Shown here: positions 11,511 to 19,619 of the stretch, piece after piece
Layout: each line of letters begins with the position of its first letter
Numbering within the stretch: the first letter of the stretch is position 1
Source of the DNA: Candidatus Nitrospira inopinata
GTDB taxonomy: Bacteria; Nitrospirota; Nitrospiria; Nitrospirales; Nitrospiraceae
Assembly (NCBI RefSeq): GCF_001458695.1
Contig: NZ_LN885086.1
Location: 2,310,001-2,342,000 of the forward strand
Length of the DNA: 32,000 bases
Reading direction: 5' to 3'
Program-made: the position numbers and the translations under genes
Notes under the pieces: model-generated
Told to the model about the DNA's origin: nothing
The model's input: only the letters and a program-made list of their open reading frames with translations
Database searches by the model: none

Positions 11511-12278
11511 ATGCCGCCGGTGAAAGCGACGGCGATCATTCTGCGGAGTCGTAAGTGGGGTGACGCGGACCGAATCGTCACGGCGTATGCCAGGAGTTTG
11601 GGCAAGATTCGAGGCGTCGCTCGCGGCGCTCGACGCCAGAAAAGCCGATTCGGCGCGGCGCTTGAGCCCTTTACCGTTTGCCGCCTTGATTTGTTCGAAA
11701 AGACCGGGGATCCGCTGTTTCGGATTTCCCACGTCGATGTGGTGACGTCTTTCCAATCGTTGCGCGAGGATCTCGGATTGATGGCGGCGGCTGCTCGGAT
11801 GGTCAACGTTGCGGCTGCTGTGACGCCGGAGCGGGATCCCGACCCGCAGTTGTTCGACACCCTTGAAGGAGGGTTGGCCGCCCTTTCTTCCAGTAAGGAC
11901 CCCCTGTGCACCGCCTTGCTGCTTCAAATCAAATTGCTGTGTCGGACAGGGTTTCGTCCCCGGACCGATCGTTGCGCAGCCTGTGGAAAGACTGTAACGG
12001 CCGGCACGTTCCATTTTTCTCCGATCGAAGGAGGAATCGTGTGTCTGATGTGCGCGGTTCGGCCTCATGCCCGTTGTGTGGTGCTGTCACAGGGAAGCGT
12101 CGCCTTTCTTCGACAGGCCGTTCGATTGACTCCGGCTCTTATGACTCGACTGCGGGCCGCCGGGCGAGTGCGGAACGAAGTCGAAGAAGCCATCGACCAA
12201 TACGTGACGGTTGTCGCGGGCAGGCGGCTTCCGCCGGCGGATTTCTTATCGGGCGCGCCGCATGGATCAGGGAGTTGA
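11511..12278 (+). CDS. recO: DNA repair protein RecO
   Basis: The OB-fold N-terminus reads ATAIILRSRKWGDADRIVTAYARSLGKIRGVARGARR. A Cys4 zinc motif is present (CAACG...C LMC region). The era...recO neighbourhood is classical. Confidence 0.88.
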   Translation: MPPVKATAIILRSRKWGDADRIVTAYARSLGKIRGVARGARRQKSRFGAALEPFTVCRLDLFEKTGDPLFRISHVDVVTSFQSLREDLGLMAAAARMVNVAAAVTPERDPDPQLFDTLEGGLAALSSSKDPLCTALLLQIKLLCRTGFRPRTDRCAACGKTVTAGTFHFSPIEGGIVCLMCAVRPHARCVVLSQGSVAFLRQAVRLTPALMTRLRAAGRVRNEVEEAIDQYVTVVAGRRLPPADFLSGAPHGSGS

Positions 12279-12282
12279 CGAG

Positions 12283-12639
12283 ATGACGGAAACCACGGTT
12301 GAGCCGCGCGATATGGAATGGCTCGGCAAGGGAGTATTGGGCATTCAGTGGAGCGACGGGCACAAGGGCGTCTATCCCGTCCGGTATTTGAGACAGCAGT
12401 GTCCTTGCGCGGCCTGCGTGGATGAATGGACGGGAGAGCGTCGTCTGAACGTGGACGACGTCCCGATGCTGATCATGTTGCAAGATATCGTACCGGTCGG
12501 TCGGTACGCGCTTCAATTTCGATGGAGCGACGGCCATGATTCCGGCATATACTCATACGCGCTTCTACGGAAGCTGTGCCAATGTGATAGTTGTGTGCCC
12601 GTCAAGCCGACCGAAGCCAAGTCCAGGAGGCTCATGTGA
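12283..12639 (+). CDS. DUF971-like protein (gamma-butyrobetaine hydroxylase N-terminal-like domain)
   Basis: LGIQWSDGHKGVYPVRYLRQQCPCAACVDEWTGER...ALQFRWSDGHDSGIYSYALLRKLC matches the duplicated W-SDGH motif architecture of DUF971. ATG 12283 is preceded by GGAG at 12271-12274 and follows the recO stop. Confidence 0.7.
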   Translation: MTETTVEPRDMEWLGKGVLGIQWSDGHKGVYPVRYLRQQCPCAACVDEWTGERRLNVDDVPMLIMLQDIVPVGRYALQFRWSDGHDSGIYSYALLRKLCQCDSCVPVKPTEAKSRRLM

Positions 12640-12695
12640 AGAGCAGCGCAAGGATCAAGGGACAAGATCCTATTCGGCACGATGTGACCGATCGA

Positions 12696-13154
12696 ATGAT
12701 CCCGCGAAAAGTGCTCATAATCGGCGTGCTGCTTCTGGTGACCGGTATCGCCGCTTGCCGAGGGATACCATCCTTGGCTGAGCAGGAGCAGTTGGTCCGA
12801 GCAGGCAATCTCGCACTTGAGCGAGTGACGGCAAGGGCCGTTGTAAATGTCTGGGGAGAACCGCCCCATTATCAAACGAAATTTACGCAGTTTTTTGTGA
12901 TGCCGGATTTCACGTTGATTCCCGCTTCCCGCGTGGCGTTGGGAGAATCGCCAAGGGGATGGGAGGCCGGAGTTCATGCGGGAGAAGGGGTGTTTTTTTT
13001 ATATCCTGATCGAGGATGGCTGTTGGTTTTTCTTGATGACCGATTGGTGTATAAGGAAGCACTGAAAGCGGACGAAATGCGCGCCCTGGTCGAATCGTGG
13101 GCATACGAAGATCGATTCAAAACCCGATTATTAGATGGAACCCCGATGCCTTAG
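12696..13154 (+). CDS. Hypothetical lipoprotein
   Basis: From ATG 12696 the product begins MIPRKVLIIGVLLLVTGIAAC, a signal peptide plus a lipobox-like TGIAAC. I recognise no family. The ORF-track start (12591) would overlap the upstream gene. Confidence 0.5.
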   Translation: MIPRKVLIIGVLLLVTGIAACRGIPSLAEQEQLVRAGNLALERVTARAVVNVWGEPPHYQTKFTQFFVMPDFTLIPASRVALGESPRGWEAGVHAGEGVFFLYPDRGWLLVFLDDRLVYKEALKADEMRALVESWAYEDRFKTRLLDGTPMP

Positions 13155-13244
13155 CGTGTTGGTCGCCTCTTTTGTTCCCCAAAATGATGAGAGACAAACG
13201 ATAGCTTCACATCCTCGATTCCTTCGGCAAGACAACCGAGCGTC

Positions 13245-14726
13245 ATGAATATCTTAATGGCGGCGTCCGAAGCCGCTCCCTACGCGAAGACTGGAGGCTT
13301 GGCCGATGTCACCGGCGTGTTGTCCCTTGAGCTCATCAAGCTGGGGCATCGAGTGACGTTGATTTTGCCGGGGTATCGAGGGGTTACTGAACGTCTGCGA
13401 TCAAGTCAAATCAAGGTTCGTTTTTCGATTCCGGTTGCGGGAGCCCCGCTGAACGTGGACTTGGAAGAGGCGTTCGCTCACGTTGCGGACGGCGTGCATT
13501 CGTTAAGAGTCCTGATCGTTCGATATGATCCGTACTTCGACCGCCCCGGGCTCTATCAGGATCGAAGCGGAGACTATCCCGACAATCTTGAACGGTTCAC
13601 ACTGTTTTCCCGGTCGGTTCTCCAGAGCATCGGCTACCTCAACGAGACCTGCAGGGAGCCGGTGGACGTCCTGCATTTGCACGATTGGCAAACGGCCCTG
13701 TGCTCGGTGTACCTGAAAACGAGCGTCGGTGTGCCCAAGGAAGCAGGCTCGGTGAAAACTCTTCTGACCTTGCATAACGTCGGCTATCAAGGTCTGTTTC
13801 CTGGAGAGCGATTCGCTGTCACCGGACTTCCTCCCGCGCTGTTTTCGCCAGACGCGCTGGAATTTTATGGGTCGGTCAATTGCTTGAAGGGGGGGATCGT
13901 GTTTTCGGACGCCCTGTCGACGGTCAGTCCGACCTATGCGAAAGAAATCTTGACGAAAGAATTCGGCCATGGATTGGAGGGAGTGCTGGCGAGCCGGCCC
14001 GACGGCGTTGAAGGCATCGTGAATGGCATCGATACGAATGCTTGGAATCCGGAAACTGACCGGTATGTGCCGGCGCGTTACAACGTATCGGATTTATCCG
14101 GGAAGAAAGTGTGCAAGGAAGCGTTGCAACGAGAACTTGCGTTGCCGATTCTTGATGTGCCTCTCATGGCTGTCATCGGGCGACTCGCTCCGCAAAAGGG
14201 ATTTGACCTTTTGTTGGAGATCTTTCCCGAATTGCTTCTTCTCGACATGCAGATTGTCATATTAGGAACCGGGGATCGCGATCTGGAGCATCGATTGTTG
14301 GAGGCCCAGGCCGCCCATCACGATCGTCTCGCAGTGCGCATTGGTTTTGACGAAGGGCTGGCTCATCGCCTTGAAGCCGGTGCCGATATGTTGGTCATGC
14401 CTTCTCGGTATGAGCCGTGCGGGCTGACTCAGCTCCATAGTTTGCGGTACGGGACAGTGCCGGTTGTTCGGCGTACCGGAGGCTTGGCCGATACGGTGGT
14501 GCCCTTCAAACCGTCGACGGCGCAGGCCAATCTTGCGACCGGATTTCACTTTGGTGAGGTCTCTTCCGATGCCCTATTGACGGCGATTCTGTTGGCGCTG
14601 TCGGTGTATCGACAACGTGAAACGTGGTGGTCATTGATGCGGGCAGGTATGAGCTTGGACTTGTCATGGGCCAAGTCCGCGAGACAATATGAGCACCTCT
14701 ATCGCTCGCTGTTCCAGAAGCGATAG
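13245..14726 (+). CDS. glgA: Glycogen synthase (ADP-glucose type)
   Basis: The N-terminal motif is SEAAPYAKTGGLADV. The GT5/GT-B C-terminal region contains MPSRYEPCGLTQLHSLRYGTVPVVRRTGGLADTV. The protein is 493 aa. Confidence 0.93.
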   Translation: MNILMAASEAAPYAKTGGLADVTGVLSLELIKLGHRVTLILPGYRGVTERLRSSQIKVRFSIPVAGAPLNVDLEEAFAHVADGVHSLRVLIVRYDPYFDRPGLYQDRSGDYPDNLERFTLFSRSVLQSIGYLNETCREPVDVLHLHDWQTALCSVYLKTSVGVPKEAGSVKTLLTLHNVGYQGLFPGERFAVTGLPPALFSPDALEFYGSVNCLKGGIVFSDALSTVSPTYAKEILTKEFGHGLEGVLASRPDGVEGIVNGIDTNAWNPETDRYVPARYNVSDLSGKKVCKEALQRELALPILDVPLMAVIGRLAPQKGFDLLLEIFPELLLLDMQIVILGTGDRDLEHRLLEAQAAHHDRLAVRIGFDEGLAHRLEAGADMLVMPSRYEPCGLTQLHSLRYGTVPVVRRTGGLADTVVPFKPSTAQANLATGFHFGEVSSDALLTAILLALSVYRQRETWWSLMRAGMSLDLSWAKSARQYEHLYRSLFQKR

Positions 14727-14751
14727 CGATAGAGAGAGTCTGCGGAGGTTC

Positions 14752-14767
14752 CCGTCATGGATGACGG
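14752..14767. terminator. Perfect palindrome CCGTCAT-GG-ATGACGG between convergent genes (candidate bidirectional terminator stem)
   Basis: Read directly from the sequence. It lies between the glgA stop (14726) and the stop of the - strand lipoprotein gene (14768-14770). There is no clear U-tract on either side, so support is weak. Confidence 0.3.
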
Positions 14768-15265
14768 TTAAGGAGTCTTCAAAGAAACAATAACGCCTCG
14801 GTCAAGTTCTGTGAGCAAGCGTTTAGCCTGAACGACATAGTAGGGAGAGACGTCTTTATGCTGTGTAAGGACAGACGAGAAGAGATCTCGGGCGGTATCA
14901 ATCTGCCCCTCATGGAGGGCAAGTTGACCGGCACGGAGCGAACACGACGCAGCCATGGCCCGGATATCGACGGCCTGGCGGTTTGTCGGAGCACTCACCC
15001 ACCGTTGAAGCTTGGTCGGGAGGGGGAGCACGAATCCATCTTGGTCGTTCAGAAAGGCCGCTGAAGAGAGTTGTTTCAGCTCCAAGTGGGCGCGTTCAAA
15101 GTCTGAAGCAACCCGGCACGCATTATACCGTTGCCACAGAGACATAAACCTATCATTATCGTGATGGCTATTAACAAGATTGGAGGTCTGAGAAGACTGG
15201 CACCCAGAGGCAAGGAGGACAAATCCTAACACCAAACCTAATCGACACTTTCCATTCATTTCCAT
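14768..15265 (-). CDS. Hypothetical lipoprotein with helical (TPR-like) C-terminal part
   Basis: MEMNGKCRLGLVLGFVLLASGCQSS is a signal peptide plus lipobox LASGC. The remainder is predicted helical. I recognise no family. Confidence 0.55.
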   Translation of the reverse strand: MEMNGKCRLGLVLGFVLLASGCQSSQTSNLVNSHHDNDRFMSLWQRYNACRVASDFERAHLELKQLSSAAFLNDQDGFVLPLPTKLQRWVSAPTNRQAVDIRAMAASCSLRAGQLALHEGQIDTARDLFSSVLTQHKDVSPYYVVQAKRLLTELDRGVIVSLKTP

Positions 15266-15295
15266 GGCGTCTCCCCTTAGCCTTTTTAAGCCACT

Positions 15296-15320
15296 CGGCT
15301 CTCTTTTAGCGAGAGAGCCG
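15296..15320 (-). other. Perfect 9-bp stem hairpin (CGGCTCTCT / AGAGAGCCG, 7-nt loop) in the AT-rich spacer upstream of the - strand lipoprotein gene
   Basis: Read directly from the sequence. It lies about 30 nt upstream of the start codon at 15265 and downstream of the LuxR-type gene on the same strand. No U-tract follows it on the - strand. Confidence 0.3.
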
Positions 15321-15499
15321 TTGTGAATCTAGGCAATAAGTGAGCCATGAAAAATTAAATCATAAATTCACGATTTTCTGAGACTATTTTAATTATTTGC
15401 TGATCGACGTGCTATAAAACTGTGTAAAAAGTGACCCAGTGTGTCATTCGTACAACGGATTGCTGTGGGAAGTAAACGAGTTAAAATCGGTGCTAAATT

Positions 15500-16108
15500 T
15501 TAGGAGTTGAAAACTTGAACCAGAATTCCGGTACGAGTCGAGGCGTTCGTTTTTCTCATGATGTGCTTAATGTGCTCCTTTACTGTCTGCTCGGTAATTT
15601 GGAGCGCATTGGCAATCTCTTTGTTGGTCCATCCCTTAGCGAGATGTTCGATGACTTCTTGCTCTCGGCCGGTCAATTGGAAGCGGTCACGCGCATGGTC
15701 TGCATTCAGCGTTTTTCTTCGTCCCAGTTCCTCCATGGTCACGACAAGTCTGGCGTTTTGGATGCCGCCTCGGTCCGGGAGACCGAATCCGCGCAAAAGG
15801 ATCGGTTGACCAGGATCCCCCGCAATACGCTTCAGTTCGAATTGCTCCCAGTCTTTAGCTTCGGTTCGAATGTGGAGGGCCTTGATGATTTCTCCGCACA
15901 GCTCTGTGAGAGCTGCAGGTAGAACCCCATGGGCGAATTTTGCGCTATTGCCTCCATGTTCCACTTCATTGATTTTCTTGGAAAGTTCAGATGCCTGGCG
16001 ATTCATGTGGAGCAATTGCATAGAGGCTGAAAGGACGACGATCCCCGATCCTGCGCGTTGATCGGCAAGGCTGTCGGTTTGATCAAGAACACCGGGACCG
16101 TTGGTCAT
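15500..16108 (-). CDS. LuxR-family transcriptional regulator with an uncharacterised N-terminal domain (EpsA-like by position)
   Basis: The C-terminal GerE/LuxR HTH reads LTGREQEVIEHLAKGWTNKEIANALQITEQTVKEHIKHIMRKTNASTR. There is no receiver-domain Asp pocket. The gene is divergent from the EPS operon. Confidence 0.8.
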   Translation of the reverse strand: MTNGPGVLDQTDSLADQRAGSGIVVLSASMQLLHMNRQASELSKKINEVEHGGNSAKFAHGVLPAALTELCGEIIKALHIRTEAKDWEQFELKRIAGDPGQPILLRGFGLPDRGGIQNARLVVTMEELGRRKTLNADHARDRFQLTGREQEVIEHLAKGWTNKEIANALQITEQTVKEHIKHIMRKTNASTRTGILVQVFNS

Positions 16109-16401
16109 AGAACTTCGTTCTGGGTGTCTGTTCAGGATGTTTATAGCCTAGCAAATTCCATGGACATCCAAGGTCACTCAGGGGAAGCGAAAGAGACCAG
16201 GCCCGAATGGACATGGCGATAGTACCTAACCCTTTTGGGGGAGTCAACATATACCTTTGAGACAGCAGCCTACGTCATCGGTATTGTGGCCTTAACGTTG
16301 CTTGGATATATTTCGACTCGTTGCCAGCAAGGAGCGAGCTTCTTGAGAAAACCATACGACGAACGAAAAAGAATGGATTTGTGTTGCGCAAGAAACGATT
16401 G

Positions 16402-16424
16402 AGAGTATGAACAGAGTATGAACA
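16402..16424. repeat. Exact tandem direct repeat, 2 x 11 bp (AGAGTATGAAC AGAGTATGAAC A), in the LuxR/PilZ divergent intergenic region
   Basis: Read directly from the sequence. The period is one helical turn. It lies about 70-90 nt upstream of the PilZ gene start, making it a candidate operator or promoter element. Confidence 0.5.
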
Positions 16425-16491
16425 TTGTCCGAAGAGAGAAGGCGATCATGGCAATTCACGGGAATAAGGTTTCTTACCGAAGGGGTCGGCT

Positions 16492-16839
16492 GTGACGCAG
16501 AAAGAATGGGAGTGGCCTATGAAGAACGACAACCATGCAACTCATAGCGAGCGAGCGGCACTTCTACGACCGATTCCCTATGAGATGACCTCGCCAATCG
16601 ACGAAGATGTGGAAAAGGGAAAAGGGAAGGCGTTGTCTCTGAATATCAGCCGGGGGGGCATGTTGGTGATGATGGATCAGGCGCCCAAGATTGAGCAGGT
16701 GTTGAAGGTGTATGTTCCCACGCCGATCACCATCGCCGAGACCCCGACGCTAGCCGAGGTGCGCTGGGTCAGAAAAGTACCGTTCGGGAAGACGAACGGA
16801 GGCGGGCCGTATTTTGTTGGACTCAAGTTCATATTCTGA
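16492..16839 (+). CDS. PilZ domain protein
   Basis: LNISRGGMLV matches the (D/N)xSxxG half of the c-di-GMP binding motif. The upstream half is ERAALLRP (RxxxxR rather than RxxxR). The protein is a small single-domain beta-barrel type. Alternative start ATG 16519 is preceded by GGAG. Confidence 0.75.
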   Translation: MTQKEWEWPMKNDNHATHSERAALLRPIPYEMTSPIDEDVEKGKGKALSLNISRGGMLVMMDQAPKIEQVLKVYVPTPITIAETPTLAEVRWVRKVPFGKTNGGGPYFVGLKFIF

Positions 16840-16856
16840 TATGACGGTGCGATGAA

Positions 16857-17585
16857 ATGATTGTTGGACGTCGTACCCCCCTGGTCACAGAGGCTCCAGC
16901 CGCCGTCGTTGCGGAAAATCGGTCATGTGTCAGAGCGACGATGTGGGCTTTATTGGTAGGGGCAGGGTTGTTCTGTGGTTCTGTCGAGGGCGAAGGGCTG
17001 GCGGAACTTTCGCTTCGAGTCCAAACCAAAGATGGCATGCGGGATTCGGACAAGTCTTCTCTTGTAGTCACGCAAGATTACATTATAGGACCGGAAGATG
17101 TGCTGGATGTCAGCGTCTGGAAGAACGCGGATCTTTCGAGAACGGTGCTGGTTCGCCCCGATGGAAAAATTTCTCTTCCATTGATTGGCGATGTCGTGGC
17201 CGTCGGGCTGACAGCGACTCAATTGGCGGACGTCATTTCAGAACGATTGAGAGAGTTCAAGGAAAATCCCCAGATCTCCATTGTGGTCAGGGAAATCAAC
17301 AGTTATGCGATCTATGTGCTCGGTGAAGTCGCGCATCCGGGAAAATATCCGCTGAAAAGCAAGACCACGTTATTACAGGCGATTACGTTGGCTGGCGGGT
17401 TTACGCCTACGGCGGTGCGGAATAAGATCGTCGTGTTTCGGTTTGGCGAGAGGGGAGAGAAAGACATCAAAATAAAAGTCAACTATGACGACATTATCTT
17501 GCGCGATGGTTCAACGCAAAATCTGATGCTGATTCCAGGCGATACCATCGTAGTCCCTTCGGAAACCATGGTGCTGGTGCCGTAA
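16857..17585 (+). CDS. Polysaccharide export protein, short Wza/EpsE-like (Poly_export + SLBB), paralog 1
   Basis: Key motifs are YIIGPEDVLDVSVWKNADLSRTVLVRPDGKISLPLIGDV.AVGLT..QLADVISERL and SYAIYVLGEVAHPGKYPL...TLLQAITLAGGFT. Alternative start ATG 16941 gives a signal-peptide-like MWALLVGAGLFCGS. Confidence 0.85.
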   Translation: MIVGRRTPLVTEAPAAVVAENRSCVRATMWALLVGAGLFCGSVEGEGLAELSLRVQTKDGMRDSDKSSLVVTQDYIIGPEDVLDVSVWKNADLSRTVLVRPDGKISLPLIGDVVAVGLTATQLADVISERLREFKENPQISIVVREINSYAIYVLGEVAHPGKYPLKSKTTLLQAITLAGGFTPTAVRNKIVVFRFGERGEKDIKIKVNYDDIILRDGSTQNLMLIPGDTIVVPSETMVLVP

Positions 17586-17599
17586 AAGAACACAGGAAA

Positions 17600-18268
17600 A
17601 TGAAAATTGGTCAGCCGTCCAAGATGTGGCTATCACCTCTTGCGATAAAAGGGAGGGAGGATCTTCTCTTGATCAGGATTTTGTTGTGCCCATTCATTCT
17701 TTTTCTAGGAGGTTGTTTGGCAGGGTCGATTCCAAACGAGGTGTTGGAAGAGGTGAATAGGCCACTTCCAAAGGATTTTTTGCTGGGCCCTGAAGATGTT
17801 GTGGAGGTGACGGTCTGGAAAAACCAGGATCTATCACGGATTGTTACCGTGCGACCGGATGGCATGATCTCGCTCCCGCTGATTGGTGATGTGCAAGCGA
17901 GTGGTCTGACGGCAGCTCAGGTTGGTGAGATCATTTCTAAACGGTTGTCCGAGTATAAAGAAAACCCCTCCGTGTCCGTCAGTGTGAAGGAGGTCAACAG
18001 TTACTATATCTATGTTATGGGCGAAGTCGTTCACCCCGGTAAGTTTCCGTTGAAATCGTATGCGACGGTTTTGCAAGGTATTTCGCTGGCCGGCGGATTT
18101 ACCCAATATGCATCCAAAAATCGGATGGCCGTCGTAAGGATAATAGATAAGGGAACACCGGATGAACGCCAGATCAGGATCCCGGTGAGATATGACGATT
18201 TAGTAACAGGGAACGGAGAAATCGGTAACTTTCAGCTGATGTCGGGTGATACCATTGTGGTGCCGTGA
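17600..18268 (+). CDS. Polysaccharide export protein, short Wza/EpsE-like, paralog 2 (lipoprotein)
   Basis: A lipobox FLGGC is followed by FLLGPEDVVEVTVWKNQDLSRIVTVRPDGMISLPLIGDVQASGLT and SYYIYVMGEVVHPGKFPL...VLQGISLAGGFT. It is colinear with paralog 1 over the whole mature length. AGGA precedes ATG 17600. Confidence 0.85.
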   Translation: MKIGQPSKMWLSPLAIKGREDLLLIRILLCPFILFLGGCLAGSIPNEVLEEVNRPLPKDFLLGPEDVVEVTVWKNQDLSRIVTVRPDGMISLPLIGDVQASGLTAAQVGEIISKRLSEYKENPSVSVSVKEVNSYYIYVMGEVVHPGKFPLKSYATVLQGISLAGGFTQYASKNRMAVVRIIDKGTPDERQIRIPVRYDDLVTGNGEIGNFQLMSGDTIVVP

Positions 18269-19619
18269 CCATTCCCTGTTGATACGTTTGGGCTTGGGGA
18301 TCTTGCTGGCGGGGGAAGCATTGATTGCCATGAGCAGCTGTGTTGCGCACGCGCAGGTACCCTATGGACCAGGTGGAGTGCCACAACTACAGTCGCCTTC
18401 AGCAGTGGTCGGAGATCTTGGGGCCGCTGTGGGGGAACTGGGACCTCTCCGCGTCATTCCAACCTTGATGGTGTCTGAGCGGTATGACAGCAACATCCTT
18501 GCGTTTAGAGGTATTGGCGGCCCCCAATGGGACTTTGTGACCGATGTATTTCCTGGTGCCCGTGTGATTCATTCCAACGATTATATCGATTGGACGCTGA
18601 CGGGGCAGGCTATTGCCAGTATCTATGTCAATAATCCCGGTTTGAACTACGTCGGCGCACAGGGGAGTTTCATGACGGTTTTGGATAAGATGTCAGAGAG
18701 GCTCATCCGTGGCCTTGGACTCCGGGTGAGCGGGACCGTTCTTTATTACCCCGAGCAACCGTCTTTTGTTTCCCCTCAAGCCTTGCAATCGGATTTTATT
18801 CGCGGGATTCAAGCCCGTCGAAATAACGCCATAAGCAACACAACCACCGTTCAAGGCGCTTACACCGTGAATCCGTTGGTCCAGGTCACTTCCTCCTATT
18901 CTTATCAGACCATGCGGTTCCTCGGTCAAACCGACTACGGAGATACCGGTCCTCCCGTTCCGCTGTTCGATCTTACAACACATGGCATGACTGCAGGATC
19001 AACCTATCTCGTTTTACCCAGTCAGAGGATCGGAATTTTATATTCCTATCGGGAGATGATGTTCGGATCAAGTACGGGTGACGGTCTTGTTGGAGAGCGT
19101 TTTGGAGGGCGTTCATTCGCCGTTCATGGAGCGAATGCCACATGGAGTGGGGAATTCGGTCGAGAATGGAGAGCCGAAGTATCGCCCGGCTTTTCCCTGG
19201 CGACTCAATTTCCCGACAGACTGCTGTGGACCATCAATGCGAGTCTCCACTGGATAGGCCGGCAAAAATCAGCCAGTGTTTCGTTCAGCAGGGGACTGTA
19301 TCCTAGTTTTTTTGGTGAGGCAGCGCTGCTCGCCAGCAACGTGGTCAGCGGGTCGGCTTCCTATCGTTTTTCTCAGAAGTGGGAAGTGGCTCTGGGGGCC
19401 AATTATGCCGTCAATACTCGAAGTGAAACCGGAGCCGGAGCGACTCCTCTGCGCTTTGAGTCCATCGGTGTCAATGGAACGCTCCGATATTCTTTGTATC
19501 GAGGAATCTCGGCCGCCATAACCGGGAGCCATGGTGACTTTACGATCGAGCAATCTGGTTCGACATTGAGCTATGACCGTCAGGTCGGCATGCTGACACT
19601 GACGGCGGAATGGAACTGA
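18246..19619 (+). CDS. Predicted outer-membrane beta-barrel protein of the EPS locus (EpsL-like by position)
   Basis: The N-terminus looks like a signal peptide (LGLGILLAGEALIAMSSCVAHA/Q). The composition is Gly/Ser/Thr/Tyr-rich with alternating hydrophobic residues and the C-terminus has an aromatic residue (...LTLTAEWN). The start is ambiguous. GTG 18246 overlaps the upstream gene by 23 nt, while TTG 18279 lies just after its stop. Confidence 0.6.
   Translation: MIPLWCRDHSLLIRLGLGILLAGEALIAMSSCVAHAQVPYGPGGVPQLQSPSAVVGDLGAAVGELGPLRVIPTLMVSERYDSNILAFRGIGGPQWDFVTDVFPGARVIHSNDYIDWTLTGQAIASIYVNNPGLNYVGAQGSFMTVLDKMSERLIRGLGLRVSGTVLYYPEQPSFVSPQALQSDFIRGIQARRNNAISNTTTVQGAYTVNPLVQVTSSYSYQTMRFLGQTDYGDTGPPVPLFDLTTHGMTAGSTYLVLPSQRIGILYSYREMMFGSSTGDGLVGERFGGRSFAVHGANATWSGEFGREWRAEVSPGFSLATQFPDRLLWTINASLHWIGRQKSASVSFSRGLYPSFFGEAALLASNVVSGSASYRFSQKWEVALGANYAVNTRSETGAGATPLRFESIGVNGTLRYSLYRGISAAITGSHGDFTIEQSGSTLSYDRQVGMLTLTAEWN

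Noticed and set aside
9356-11911. An 851-aa - strand ORF spanning era, mgtE and recO, plus a 508-aa + strand off-frame ORF at 9379-10905.
   Set aside because: The products are implausibly Arg/His/Gly-rich. These ORFs overlap three well-supported + strand genes and are an artefact of stop-codon depletion in GC-rich DNA.
16448-16495. A 15-codon upstream mini-ORF (MAIHGNKVSYRRGRL) whose stop overlaps the GTG start of the PilZ gene. Also a 13-codon mini-ORF at 24598-24639 whose TAG is the TAG of the ops motif.
   Set aside because: Neither has an SD, conservation evidence or a regulatory codon pattern. Such short ORFs are expected by chance in spacers of 300-400 nt.
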